From: an uncultured Actinomycetes bacterium
Lineage (GTDB): Bacteria > Actinomycetota > Actinomycetes > S36-B12 > UBA10799
Direction: 5' to 3'
Length of the DNA stretch: 49,568 bases
NCBI GenBank assembly: GCA_964392145.1
Contig: CAYMPK010000001.1
Span: forward strand, 1,089-50,656
Part shown: in pieces, positions 35,911 to 45,470 of the stretch
Layout of the letters: each line of letters opens with the position of its first letter
Numbering within the stretch: position 1 is the stretch's first letter
The notes under the pieces: generated by a model
Seen by the model: only the letters and a program-made list of their open reading frames with translations
What the model was told of the DNA's origin: nothing
The model's database searches: none
Made by a program: the position numbers and the translations under genes

Positions 35911-37068
35911 CTATCGGGCGCCCGCCGCGCGGTACACATCGACGGTGCGCTCGGCGATGGTGGCCCAGCTGAAATCCTCGACCGCTCGAGTGCGTCCGGC
36001 CACCCCCATGGCCTTGGCTGCTGCCGGATCGGCAGCCACCTGGTTCACCGCGTCGGCGAAGCGGCGCTCGAAACCGTCGGTGTCCTCGGCCGTGAACGGG
36101 ACCAGCAGCCCGGTGACCCCGTCGACCACTACCTCGGGGATGCCGCCTACGGCACTGGCAACGACCGGGGTCTCGCAGGCCATCGCCTCAAGATTGACGA
36201 TTCCCAGCGGCTCATACACCGAGGGGCAGGCGAACAGCAGCGCGTGGCTGAGCAGTTGGATCACGTCGGAACGGTCCAGTTGCGTGTCCAGCCAGTAGAC
36301 GCCGCCTCGTGTGGCGTTCAGCTGCTCGACCGCGTCCGCCACCTCCTGACCCATCTCGGGGGTGTCCGGCGACGACGCGGCCAGCACCAAGGGGATACCC
36401 GGAGCGAAGTACTTGGCAGCGGCCAGCAGGTGGTTGATCCCCTTCTGCCTGGTGATCCGACCTACGAACAGCACGTACGGTTCGTCCAGGGGGATACCCA
36501 GACGGGTGAGGACATCCGTGTTCGGATCGGGTCGGTACTGCTCGGAGTCGATACCGTTGTGCACCACGTGGACCTTGGCAGGGTCGACGTTCGGGTAACA
36601 GGCCAGCACATCCGCCCGCATTCCGGCGCTGACAGCGATGATCGCCTCGGCGTTCTCGTAGGCGGTACGTTCCACCCATCTGGAGATGCGGTAGCCGCCG
36701 CCGAGTTGCTCCTCCTTCCACGGCCGCAGTGGTTCCAGCGAATGCGCGGTGATCACGCGCGGCACATCGAGCATCAGCCCCGTCAGGTGGCCGGCCATGT
36801 TGGCGTACCAGGTGTGGGAGTGCACCAGATCGACGTCCTTGATGGCCTCTGTGATGTCGAGGTCCACGCCCAGGGTCTGCAGCGCGGGATTGGCACCCGC
36901 AAGATCCGATGGGGTCTCGTGCCCGATGGCGTCGGGCCTGGGGTCTCCGAAACAGTGAACCTCCACATCGATCAGCTGGCGCAGCTCGCGCACCAGGTAT
37001 TCGACATGGACACCGGCGCCACCGTAGTTGTTCGGGGGCCATTCTCTGGTTATCAATCCCGTTCGCAC
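35911..37068 (-). CDS. glgA: GT4 glycogen synthase / alpha-maltose-1-phosphate synthase (GlgA/GlgM type)
   Basis: VRTGLITREWPPNNYGGAGVHV...HSHTWY...AHSLEPLRPWKEEQLGGGY aligns residue-for-residue with mycobacterial GlgM (MRVAMLTREYPP...) as remembered. GTG 37068 is preferred over GTG 37077. Confidence 0.85.
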   Translation of the reverse strand: MRTGLITREWPPNNYGGAGVHVEYLVRELRQLIDVEVHCFGDPRPDAIGHETPSDLAGANPALQTLGVDLDITEAIKDVDLVHSHTWYANMAGHLTGLMLDVPRVITAHSLEPLRPWKEEQLGGGYRISRWVERTAYENAEAIIAVSAGMRADVLACYPNVDPAKVHVVHNGIDSEQYRPDPNTDVLTRLGIPLDEPYVLFVGRITRQKGINHLLAAAKYFAPGIPLVLAASSPDTPEMGQEVADAVEQLNATRGGVYWLDTQLDRSDVIQLLSHALLFACPSVYEPLGIVNLEAMACETPVVASAVGGIPEVVVDGVTGLLVPFTAEDTDGFERRFADAVNQVAADPAAAKAMGVAGRTRAVEDFSWATIAERTVDVYRAAGAR

Positions 37069-37103
37069 AGCGATCACACTAGAGGTCGCGCTAGTTTGAA
37101 GCC

Positions 37104-38330
37104 GTGCGAAATGCTCCGAAGGTTCTGGGAATCGTCCTCGCGGGTGGCGAGGGCAAGAGGTTGATGCCGCTGACCGCGGATCGGGCGAAGCCCGCCGTCC
37201 ACTTCGGCGGGTCCTATCGGCTCATCGACTTCGTGCTCTCCAACCTGGTCAATGCCGGCTTCGTGCGACTGTGTGTGCTGACGCAGTACAAGTCGCACTC
37301 ACTCGACCGCCACATCACGACCACCTGGCGGATGTCGACCTTGCTCGGCGACTATGTGACCCCTGTCCCGGCTCAGCAGCGGCTGGGCCCACGCTGGTTC
37401 ACCGGGTCGGCCGATGCGATCTTCCAATCCCTGAATCTGGTCTACGACGAGAAGCCCGAGTATGTGGTGGTGTTCGGTGCGGACAACGTGTATCGGATGG
37501 ATCCTCGCCAGATGCTGGATCACCACATCGAGGCCGGGGCCGGGGTCACGGTGGCGGGAATCAGGATGCCACGGTCGGAGGCCGACGCTTTCGGGGTCAT
37601 CGAGACCGCCGCCGACGGCCAGACCATCGCGGCATTCCTCGAGAAGCCTGCGGACCCGCCGGGTATCCCCGGGTCCCCCGACGAGTCCTACGTTTCGATG
37701 GGCAACTACGTCTTCTCCACCGACGTGTTGATCGAAGCGCTGAAGATCGACGCCGGTGATGAGGGATCCGTGCACGACATGGGTGGCAACATCATCCCGA
37801 TGCTCACCGAGCAAGGTCTCGCCACGGTCTACGACTTCGATCGCAACGAAGTCCCGGGGGCGACGGAACGAGACCACGGCTATTGGCGCGACGTCGGGAC
37901 CCTGGATGCCTACCACGACGCCCACATGGATCTGGTTTCGGTACATCCGGTGTTCAACCTCTACAACCGGAAGTGGCCGATCCTGACCAACCTGCCACCG
38001 CTCCCGCCTGCGAAGTTCGTCGAGGGTGGCAACGCCCACGAATCCATGGTCGGCGCGGGCACTGTCGTGGCCGGCGGTCACGTTCGGACCTCCGTCGTGG
38101 CCGGTGACGTTCGAATCAACTCCGGTGCGTACGTCGAAGGCAGTGTCATCATGCCCGGAGTGACCATCGGCCCCGGTGCTGTGATTCGCAACGCGGTGCT
38201 GGACAAGCACGCCGTGGTGGAGGAAGGCGCCCAACTGGGTGTCGATCTGGACAGCGACCGGGAACGCTACACCGTCTCCCCAGGTGGAATCGTGGTGGTG
38301 GGCAAGGGCATCACCGTTCCGCGTCTCTGA
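37104..38330 (+). CDS. glgC: Glucose-1-phosphate adenylyltransferase
   Basis: [28 protein letters not shown], left-handed beta-helix C-terminus. GTG start with TAGTTT at -12 to -7. Confidence 0.95.
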   Translation: MRNAPKVLGIVLAGGEGKRLMPLTADRAKPAVHFGGSYRLIDFVLSNLVNAGFVRLCVLTQYKSHSLDRHITTTWRMSTLLGDYVTPVPAQQRLGPRWFTGSADAIFQSLNLVYDEKPEYVVVFGADNVYRMDPRQMLDHHIEAGAGVTVAGIRMPRSEADAFGVIETAADGQTIAAFLEKPADPPGIPGSPDESYVSMGNYVFSTDVLIEALKIDAGDEGSVHDMGGNIIPMLTEQGLATVYDFDRNEVPGATERDHGYWRDVGTLDAYHDAHMDLVSVHPVFNLYNRKWPILTNLPPLPPAKFVEGGNAHESMVGAGTVVAGGHVRTSVVAGDVRINSGAYVEGSVIMPGVTIGPGAVIRNAVLDKHAVVEEGAQLGVDLDSDRERYTVSPGGIVVVGKGITVPRL

Positions 38331-38356
38331 CCAAGCGGTGATCGGATGATCCGACG

Positions 38357-39295
38357 ATGATCACCTCGGCACCGCCGACGCCGTCACCGACGACTGTTCT
38401 GCAGAGAGTCGAGGAGACCAACCAGCAGGCTTCTGCCGAGTCGCAGAAACTGTCCGTCACCAACATCCCGAACACCGTCCTTTGGTGGTGCCTCGCGGTC
38501 GGGGCCATCGTGCTGCTGTGGCTACTGATCAAGCACCTGGCGCGCCGCGACAACAAGCTCGCGGTACGGATCTACGACACCCTGGACCCGCAGGTGCAAG
38601 CCCTGCGGATCTGGATCGCCAACGCACCCGTGACCTTCGTGTACATAGCCTGCTGGACGATCACATCAGTCATCGTGCAGGGGACACCCAAGGATCTCGC
38701 CGGCATCATGACGCGTTTCAACAGCACGAACATCTTCGAACTCCTCAAGGAGCCACTTCATGTGCTGTTCACGAGTGCCTTCCTGGTAGCCGACTACGGC
38801 TTCGCTTACTGGCTCTATGTCATCGTGTACCTGCTGATCACGGCACGATTGGAGCAGCGGATCGGGTCGGTCCGGGTCGTGTTGGTCGGGGCGGGCGCCC
38901 ATGTCTTGGGCACCCTGGCCATCGTGGCCGTCGAGATGGTGGCCATAGCCATGGAGTGGCTGCCCAAGACGACGGTGATCGGCCAGGACGTAGGCGTCAG
39001 TTACGTGATGGTGGGAACGTGCGGCGCCTACCTGCTCTTCGTCAGCGCGAAGTGGCGCTGGTGGTACCGGGCTGCCATCGCGGTTGGCATCCTGGGCCCG
39101 CTCATCGTGTCCCACACGATCTGGGACCTCGGTCACTTTCTGGCCACCACATTCGGTTTCCTGCTGGGCCTGTGGGTCAAACGCTATGGGGTCCGGGCGG
39201 CGGTGACGTGGCGCTCCCTGGTGTCGTCCCATCCGCCCAGGAGCCTGCCCACCTGGAACCTGCCGGTGACCGACGCCCGTAGCCTGGGTTCATGA
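38357..39295 (+). CDS. Rhomboid-like polytopic membrane protein (tentative)
   Basis: About 7 TM helices. LFTSAFLVAD...ITARLEQRIGSVR resembles the rhomboid TM2/L1 pattern. GVSYVMVGTCGA occupies the GxSG-like position and GHFLATTFGFLLG the HxxGxxxG-like position. Confidence 0.5.
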   Translation: MITSAPPTPSPTTVLQRVEETNQQASAESQKLSVTNIPNTVLWWCLAVGAIVLLWLLIKHLARRDNKLAVRIYDTLDPQVQALRIWIANAPVTFVYIACWTITSVIVQGTPKDLAGIMTRFNSTNIFELLKEPLHVLFTSAFLVADYGFAYWLYVIVYLLITARLEQRIGSVRVVLVGAGAHVLGTLAIVAVEMVAIAMEWLPKTTVIGQDVGVSYVMVGTCGAYLLFVSAKWRWWYRAAIAVGILGPLIVSHTIWDLGHFLATTFGFLLGLWVKRYGVRAAVTWRSLVSSHPPRSLPTWNLPVTDARSLGS

Positions 39296-40191
39296 CCCAG
39301 AACGTCACCATCGTGGAGGTCGCTCCCCGCGACGGCCTGCAGAACGATCCCGCGCTGTTGAGCACGTCCCAGAAGGTCGAGCTGATCAACCGCTGCGTCG
39401 GTGCTGGGGTCAGCCGCATTGAGGTTGCGTCCTTCGTCAACCCCAAGCGGGTGCCGCAGATGGCCGATGCCGAGGCGGTGATCGAGGGGTTGCCGAAGGG
39501 TGCCGCGTCCTACATCGGCCTGGTGCTGAACAGTCGGGGCTTCGAGCGGGCCAGACTCACGGCCCTGGACGAGATCAACCTGGTCGTGATGGTCACCGAC
39601 GAGTTCTCGGAACGCAACCAGGGCATGTCGACGCAGGCGGCGATCGAGACCGTTGCCGAGGTGACGCCGCTGGCGAAGGATGCCGGGCTGACTGTGTCGG
39701 TGACCATGTCCGCCTCCTTCGGGTGTCCCTACACCGGCGAGGTGCCGGTGACCCGGGTCGCCGATGTTGCCGCCGAATTGGCGACCACCGGAGTCGCCGA
39801 GATCGCGATCGCCGACACCATCGGGGTGGCCGTGCCACGGGACGTCCTTCGCCGGGTGGCCGCTGTGCGCGAGGTTGTCGGCAGGGTCGCGTTGCGCGTA
39901 CACGTCCACAACACGCGCAACACCGGATACGCCAGTGCGTTGGCCGCCTACGAGGCCGGAGTCAGTGTGCTGGACTCCTCCCTCGGCGGCATCGGCGGCT
40001 GCCCTTTCGCCCCGCGGGCCACCGGCAACATCGCCACCGAGGATCTGGTTTTCGCCTTGGAGAGGTCCGGGGTAGACACCGGCCTCGACCTCGACGAGCT
40101 CTGCAGGTCGGCCGAGTGGCTCTCAGCTCAACTGGGTCGACCCACCCCCGGCCTCGTTGACAAGGCCGGCCCCTTCCCGCCCCGCAACTGA
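39292..40191 (+). CDS. Hydroxymethylglutaryl-CoA lyase
   Basis: VTIVEVAPRDGLQN, RIEVASFVNPKRVPQMAD, HVHNTRNTGYA, SLGGIGGCPFAP. The start overlaps the previous stop as ATGA. Confidence 0.88.
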   Translation: MTQNVTIVEVAPRDGLQNDPALLSTSQKVELINRCVGAGVSRIEVASFVNPKRVPQMADAEAVIEGLPKGAASYIGLVLNSRGFERARLTALDEINLVVMVTDEFSERNQGMSTQAAIETVAEVTPLAKDAGLTVSVTMSASFGCPYTGEVPVTRVADVAAELATTGVAEIAIADTIGVAVPRDVLRRVAAVREVVGRVALRVHVHNTRNTGYASALAAYEAGVSVLDSSLGGIGGCPFAPRATGNIATEDLVFALERSGVDTGLDLDELCRSAEWLSAQLGRPTPGLVDKAGPFPPRN

Positions 40192-41067
40192 CTGCGCCGG
40201 CGCCGGTTCCAGCGCCCAGCCGGGGGCACCGAAGACGTGTCGCCAGCGAGCCCGCCAGTTCTCCGAACGGCGGACATCACCAGCGATGGCCGCGAACTCA
40301 CCCCACGCCACCTTTATCGGGTTGTAGGTGTTGATGTTCTTCGTCAGGCCATACGTGACGGGCTTGTCTTCCGCCACGAATGAGGAGAACATCCGATCCC
40401 AGAGGATGAGGATGCCGCCGTAGTTGGTGTCCAAGTACTCGGGGTTGGAGCCATGGTGCACCCGATGGTGCGAAGGCGTATTGAGCGTGAACTCGAACCA
40501 TCGCGGTAGTCGATCGATGCGCTCGGTGTGGATCCAGTACTGGTAGAGCAGATTCGCCGAGTGCACGAGTGCCCACTCTGCCGGGGTGAACCCCAGGAGC
40601 ATCACCGGGATGTAGAAGATCCAAGCGGTGAGCGGTGTCCACGACTGCCGCAGGGCGGTCGAGAGGTTGTAGTACTGCGAGGAGTGGTGCGTCACATGGG
40701 CAGCCCAGAAGAAGCGCGACTCGTGGTGCACCCGGTGAAACCAGTAGTAACAGAAGTCGTCGAGCAGCACCAACAGCGCCCAGCCGGCGATCATCAGGCC
40801 GACCGATCCACTCGTCAGCCAGGACCCCAGGTTGACGATCGCGAACTGGTGGAAGAACGTCAGGAAAGCCAGCATGACGGCCGCGAGCAGAGCGCCAACC
40901 ACCAAGGAGCCGAGTCCCATCAGGATCGATGTCGCAGCATCCTTCGGCGCGTACCCGCGTTGCTCCGGGTCCGGACGGCGCCAATGGACGAAGACCTCCA
41001 ACGACATCGTCGCGATGTAGAGCGGAATCGCGACCACCGTGAGGTCGGGCAGGTTCTCCAGAGCCAT
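40123..41067 (-). CDS. Fatty acid hydroxylase / sterol desaturase family membrane protein
   Basis: Histidine boxes HRVHHE, HVTHH and HHRVHH; 4-5 TM helices. Its 3' end overlaps the convergent HMG-CoA lyase gene by 69 nt. Confidence 0.85.
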   Translation of the reverse strand: MALENLPDLTVVAIPLYIATMSLEVFVHWRRPDPEQRGYAPKDAATSILMGLGSLVVGALLAAVMLAFLTFFHQFAIVNLGSWLTSGSVGLMIAGWALLVLLDDFCYYWFHRVHHESRFFWAAHVTHHSSQYYNLSTALRQSWTPLTAWIFYIPVMLLGFTPAEWALVHSANLLYQYWIHTERIDRLPRWFEFTLNTPSHHRVHHGSNPEYLDTNYGGILILWDRMFSSFVAEDKPVTYGLTKNINTYNPIKVAWGEFAAIAGDVRRSENWRARWRHVFGAPGWALEPAPAQSVAGREGAGLVNEAGGGSTQLS

Positions 41068-41118
41068 GGCGTCAGGCTAGCCGACCGGCGGGTCGCCGGC
41101 CCGCAGTGAGAAGCTCGG

Positions 41119-41940
41119 CTAGCCGAAACGTCCGGAGATGTAGTCCTCAGTCTGCTTCTCCTTGGGGCTGGAGAAGATGACCTCCGTCGGCCCGTACTCA
41201 ACCAGCCTGCCTGGCTGTCCCACCCCGGCCAGGTTGAAGAACGCCGTTGTCTCCGAAACCCGAGCCGCCTGTTGCATGTTGTGGGTCACGATCACGATGG
41301 TGAACTCGGTCTTGAGTTCCTCCACCAGGTCCTCGATGGCGAGCGTCGAGATGGGATCCAAGGCCGAGGCCGGCTCATCCATCAGCAACACCTCCGGTTC
41401 GATGGCGATCGCTCTGGCGATGCACAGCCGCTGCTGCTGACCGCCCGACAGGCCGGCACCGGGCTTCTTGAGCCGATCCTTGACCTCGTTCCACAAGTTG
41501 GCGCCACGCAGAGACTTCTCCACGATGTCGTCGAACTGCGACTTCTTGACCTTCTTGGAGTTGTCGAGCTTGATGCCCGCCAGAACGTTGTCGTAGATGG
41601 ACATCGTGGGAAACGGATTCGGGCGTTGGAACACCATCCCGACGACCCGTCGCACGTTGACCGGGTCGACATCCGGTGCGTATATGTCGAGGCCATCGAG
41701 CAGGATCTCGCCCTCGACGTAGGCACCCGGGATCACTTCGTGCATCCGATTCAGGGTGCGCAACACCGTCGACTTCCCGCAGCCGGACGGCCCGATGAAG
41801 GCCGTGACGGAGCGCGGCTGGATGGGGATGGTGACACCTTCCACGGCCTTGAAACTGCCGTAGTAGATGTCGACATCGTTCATGTCGATGCGCTTGGAAC
41901 GCGACAGCGAACCTGTGTCGTGAATCTCCTGCGCCACCAC
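41119..41940 (-). CDS. pstB: Phosphate ABC transporter ATP-binding protein
   Basis: [45 protein letters not shown] 41940/41937 follows GGAGGAAAA. The maximal ORF starts at ATG 42051, but that 37-codon extension has visibly lower third-position GC. Confidence 0.88.
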   Translation of the reverse strand: MVAQEIHDTGSLSRSKRIDMNDVDIYYGSFKAVEGVTIPIQPRSVTAFIGPSGCGKSTVLRTLNRMHEVIPGAYVEGEILLDGLDIYAPDVDPVNVRRVVGMVFQRPNPFPTMSIYDNVLAGIKLDNSKKVKKSQFDDIVEKSLRGANLWNEVKDRLKKPGAGLSGGQQQRLCIARAIAIEPEVLLMDEPASALDPISTLAIEDLVEELKTEFTIVIVTHNMQQAARVSETTAFFNLAGVGQPGRLVEYGPTEVIFSSPKEKQTEDYISGRFG

Positions 41941-42056
41941 TTTTCCTCCGACTGGGGTGGGGTTACGCACGAAGGAGCTCGCCTTGGCGTCCCCTGTGGC
42001 AACCTGCGTGGCGTCGTCGGCTGCGGCCGTTACGCGTGATACCTGATCCATGTGTA

Positions 42057-43127
42057 CTACTCCGATTTCGGTGCGAAGAACCTAGCAACGATTCGTGCAC
42101 CTAGGTACAGAATCATCACCAAGACGATGAGGACGAGAGCGCCGGCCCAGGCGCGCGACAGAGAAGCGTCGGTACCGCTGGCAATCTGGTCCCACACGAA
42201 GGTCGGGATTGATGCCTGGGCTCCCTTGAACGGGTCGTAGTTGATGCTCTGCGACAGGAATGTCGTCAGCAGGAGCGGTGCAGTCTCCCCCGCAACGCGC
42301 GCCACGGCGAGCATCACGCCGGTGATGATGCCGCCGATGGCGGTCGGCAGGACGATCCGAAGGATCGTCTTCCATTTCGGGACCCCGAGCGCGTACGACG
42401 CCTCTCGGAGTTCGTTAGGAACGATCTTCAGCATCTCTTCGGTGGATCGCACGATTACGGGAATCATCAGGATCGTCAGAGCGAGCGAGCCCGCGAATCC
42501 CGACCGCTGGAAGCCGAGCGTCAGCACCCAGAAGGTGTAGATGAACAGACCGGCGATGATCGACGGGATGCCGGTCATGACGTCGACGAAGAAGCTGATG
42601 GCCTTGCCAAGCTTGCGCTTGCTGCTGTATTCGACGAGGTAGATGGCGGTCAGGATTCCGATCGGCACCGCGAACGCGGCCGCGATGAGTACCTGCTCGA
42701 TGGTGCCGATGAGGGCGTGATAGAGGCCGCCACCCTGCTTCTGCGGGCTGATGTTACGCATCGAGCGGCCCAGGAACTCCGCACTCAGGGCATCCAAGCC
42801 CTTCATCACCGTGACGACGATGATGGCGACCAGAGCCGCCAGGGCAGCGAAGAAGGCGGCGTAGATCAACGTCGTGAAGAGCCGGTCAACCGAGTGCCGC
42901 CGACCCTCGACCGCGAAGGACCACGCCGACTGGCCGATGATGAAGAGGACGGCCGCAACCACTGCGGTGTCCGCCACCCCTTGGATACCGGTGGCCAGGT
43001 TGAGCACTACTGCGACCGCAACTGCCGCGAGACCGGTGTAGAGCGGGGCCAACCTCGGCAGGCGTTTGCCGACCAGTGCGGCTTTGATCTCCGGACTCGC
43101 CGGGCGTTGCTCGATAGACGTGGACAT
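42057..43127 (-). CDS. pstA: Phosphate ABC transporter permease PstA
   Basis: 356 aa, 6 TM helices, EAA-type loop (...[15 protein letters not shown]...). Second permease of the operon. Confidence 0.9.
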   Translation of the reverse strand: MSTSIEQRPASPEIKAALVGKRLPRLAPLYTGLAAVAVAVVLNLATGIQGVADTAVVAAVLFIIGQSAWSFAVEGRRHSVDRLFTTLIYAAFFAALAALVAIIVVTVMKGLDALSAEFLGRSMRNISPQKQGGGLYHALIGTIEQVLIAAAFAVPIGILTAIYLVEYSSKRKLGKAISFFVDVMTGIPSIIAGLFIYTFWVLTLGFQRSGFAGSLALTILMIPVIVRSTEEMLKIVPNELREASYALGVPKWKTILRIVLPTAIGGIITGVMLAVARVAGETAPLLLTTFLSQSINYDPFKGAQASIPTFVWDQIASGTDASLSRAWAGALVLIVLVMILYLGARIVARFFAPKSE

Positions 43128-44114
43128 TCAGTTCGCCCCCGAGAACTCGGCGCGCCTGGCGATGATCCACCGGGCGATCATGTTTACAGCCATCGTGATG
43201 ACGAACAGCACCAGGCCGGAGGCGACCAGCGCTGAGAGCCCGGTAGGTCCGGCCTCGTTCCACTTCAGCGCGATGTTTGCGGCGAAAGTGTTACCACCCG
43301 GCTCGGTGATGTGCCAGTTGATGGTGAACAACGCGGAGAGGATCAGGGCCACCGCGATCGTCTCGCCGAGGGCCCGGCCTAAGGCCAGCATCGCCGCACT
43401 GATCATCCCCGGGCGCGCGAACGGGAAGACCGCGAGCCGCATGACCTCCCAGCGGGTCGCGCCCAACGCCAGGGCCGCCTCCCGATGAGCCCGCGGCACC
43501 TGCGCGAACACCTCCCGGGTGATGGCCGACATGGTCGGCAGGATCATGATCGCCAGCACCACCGAGGCGATGAAGATCGACTTCGTGTATATGCCGGTGG
43601 TGTTGTTGAACAGCGGAATGAAGCCGAGGTAGTCGTTCATCCACTGGGTGAGTCCGAACATGTTGGGCATCAGGAATTCCAGGCCCCAGAGTCCGAAGAT
43701 GATGGACGGCACAGCAGCGAGCACGTCCACCACGAAGGCGAGGCTGGAGGCGAGGCGGCGGCTGGCGTAGAACGCGATGAACATCGCAGTTCCGATACCG
43801 AGCGGCACCGCGATGATCATCGCTATCGCCGCAGTCATCAGAGTGCCGAAGGCGAGCGCGGCGATGCCGAAGGCCGCCGGGGTGTCGTCGGGGAACCACT
43901 GCTGGAATGTGAAGAAGTTGGCGGAGTTGGCGCTCAGGGCCGGGATCGACTTGACCACCAGGAAGACAGCGATCGCCGCCAAGATCACCAGGACGAGGAT
44001 GCCGGCGTTACGGGTGAGACCGAGGAAGGCCCGATCGCCGCGGCGCACGGACTTGCCCTTCAAGGCTTCCGCCTCGGACTCAGGTTCTTGCGGGGGTGCC
44101 TCGATGACGGCCAT
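43128..44114 (-). CDS. pstC: Phosphate ABC transporter permease PstC
   Basis: 328 aa: ...VDVLAAVPSIIFGLWGL..., HREAALALGATRWEV. Its stop abuts the pstA start. ATG is preceded by GGAAGGAGG. Confidence 0.9.
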   Translation of the reverse strand: MAVIEAPPQEPESEAEALKGKSVRRGDRAFLGLTRNAGILVLVILAAIAVFLVVKSIPALSANSANFFTFQQWFPDDTPAAFGIAALAFGTLMTAAIAMIIAVPLGIGTAMFIAFYASRRLASSLAFVVDVLAAVPSIIFGLWGLEFLMPNMFGLTQWMNDYLGFIPLFNNTTGIYTKSIFIASVVLAIMILPTMSAITREVFAQVPRAHREAALALGATRWEVMRLAVFPFARPGMISAAMLALGRALGETIAVALILSALFTINWHITEPGGNTFAANIALKWNEAGPTGLSALVASGLVLFVITMAVNMIARWIIARRAEFSGAN

Positions 44115-44147
44115 GTTCGGCTGCCTCCTTCCGCGCGAGAAAGGGAA

Positions 44148-44182
44148 TCGCTGGGCCCGGCCCGCGCAGCCGGGCCCAGCGA
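44148..44182 (-). terminator. Strong stem-loop between pstS and pstC (partial terminator / mRNA-stabilising hairpin)
   Basis: Perfect 14-bp stem: TCGCTGGGCCCGGC (44148-44161) pairs with GCCGGGCCCAGCGA (44169-44182), with a 7-nt loop. It starts 10 nt after the pstS stop. On the coding strand it is followed by TTCCCTTTCTC. Confidence 0.55.
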
Positions 44183-44191
44183 CGTTCCTTA

Positions 44192-45298
44192 CTAGCTGCT
44201 CAGGGCAGCGACCGCAGCAGCAACCTTGGTCTGCAGGTCAGCCGGCAGCGGTGCGTAGTCCAGGGCGGTAAGTCCGCTCTGTCCCGCCGTCGACGAGGTG
44301 TACGTCAGGAAGCTCTTGGTCAACTCCAGGTTCGGACCGAGCCCCTTCGAGCAGGTGATCTCGTAGGTGACGGCCAGCACCGGGTACGCGCCGGGAGCCT
44401 TGGTGGCGTAGTCGAGGCTGAGGACGAGGTTGTTGCCCTCACCGGTCACCTTCGCCGTCGCCAGCCCGGCGGTCGTTGTCTCAGGGGTCAACTCGACGGC
44501 ACCGCCGCCGTTGTTGATCACCGCAGCCTTGGCGCCGGCCTGCGACACGAAGGACGCCTCGATGTAGCTGATCGAGTTCGGTGTCGACTTCAGCGACGAT
44601 GCGACGCCGTCGCTTCCCTTGGCACCCTGTCCGCCCGGGGCCTTCCAATCCTTGGTGTTGCCGTAGGTCCAGGCGCCGTTGGAGGCCGCCGTCAACCAGG
44701 AGGTGAAGTTGGCGGTGGTACCGGAACCATCGGAACGGTGGTACGCGGCGATGGGTGCGTTGGGCAGCGTCACGCCTGGGTTGATAGCGGCGATCGCCGG
44801 ATCATTCCAGTTCGTGATCTTGCCGGAGAAGATGTTCGCGGTGACCTCGGGTGTCAGGGTGAGCTTGTCGACCCCGGGCACGTTGTATGCGACCGCGATG
44901 GCACCGCCGACCATGGGCAGGTTCCAGGCAGGGTTGTTCTGGCACCGGGTCTGGGCCTTGGTGGCATCGGCATCGGCGATGGCCTTGTCAGAACCGGCGA
45001 AGGAGGTCTGGTTGTTGATGAAGTCCTGAATGCCAGCGCTCGACCCGGAGGGCGAGTACTCGATGGTGGCACCGTTGCACGCACCCTGATACTGGTTGAT
45101 CCACTCGTTGATCGCGTTCTTCTGGAACGAGGAACCGGACGCCTTGATGGACCCGCTGGCGCAGGCGATGCTGGCGGATGCGCTACCGGAGGCACCCGAG
45201 GAGCTGCTCGACGAGCCCCCGTCGGACCCACAAGCTGCGAGCGCCAAGAGCCCGGCGACGCCGATGACGGCGAAGCTCCCGCTACGGATGTTTCCCAC
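44192..45298 (-). CDS. pstS: Phosphate ABC transporter substrate-binding lipoprotein
   Basis: Lipobox LLALAAC followed by a Ser/Gly linker. GSSFQ, SGSSAG and RSDGSGTT are PstS motifs. GTG 45298 is preceded by GGAGGA. Confidence 0.9.
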   Translation of the reverse strand: MGNIRSGSFAVIGVAGLLALAACGSDGGSSSSSSGASGSASASIACASGSIKASGSSFQKNAINEWINQYQGACNGATIEYSPSGSSAGIQDFINNQTSFAGSDKAIADADATKAQTRCQNNPAWNLPMVGGAIAVAYNVPGVDKLTLTPEVTANIFSGKITNWNDPAIAAINPGVTLPNAPIAAYHRSDGSGTTANFTSWLTAASNGAWTYGNTKDWKAPGGQGAKGSDGVASSLKSTPNSISYIEASFVSQAGAKAAVINNGGGAVELTPETTTAGLATAKVTGEGNNLVLSLDYATKAPGAYPVLAVTYEITCSKGLGPNLELTKSFLTYTSSTAGQSGLTALDYAPLPADLQTKVAAAVAALSS

Positions 45299-45356
45299 TT
45301 AATTCCTCCATCGATTCTGTGAAGCCTCTGTTCGTGGCAGGTCGAAACGTAGCGGC

Positions 45357-45411
45357 GGGAAGTGGCTGATCAGTGGCCCGACAGTGAACGAGATGTGAAC
45401 GCGGGCGGAAC
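45357..45411 (-). promoter_or_regulatory. PHO-box-like array: five 11-nt-phased direct repeats upstream of pstS
   Basis: Coding-strand units GTTCCGcccgc / GTTCACatctc / GTTCACtgtcg / GGCCACtgatc / AGCCACttccc. Plus-strand hexamers start at 45406, 45395, 45384, 45373 and 45362. Five nt later comes a TACGTT -10-like hexamer (45351-45346). The pstS start is at 45298. Confidence 0.55.
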
Positions 45412-45470
45412 GTTGACTCCCCTGGCTCGGGGCGATGCCGGATAGCCCCTGGGACCGGTCGCTCACCGCG

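Noticed and set aside
35797-37164. 455-aa plus-strand ORF
   Set aside because: It is antisense to glgA, which aligns convincingly with GlgM/GlgA. The composition is low-complexity and Arg/Gly/His-rich.
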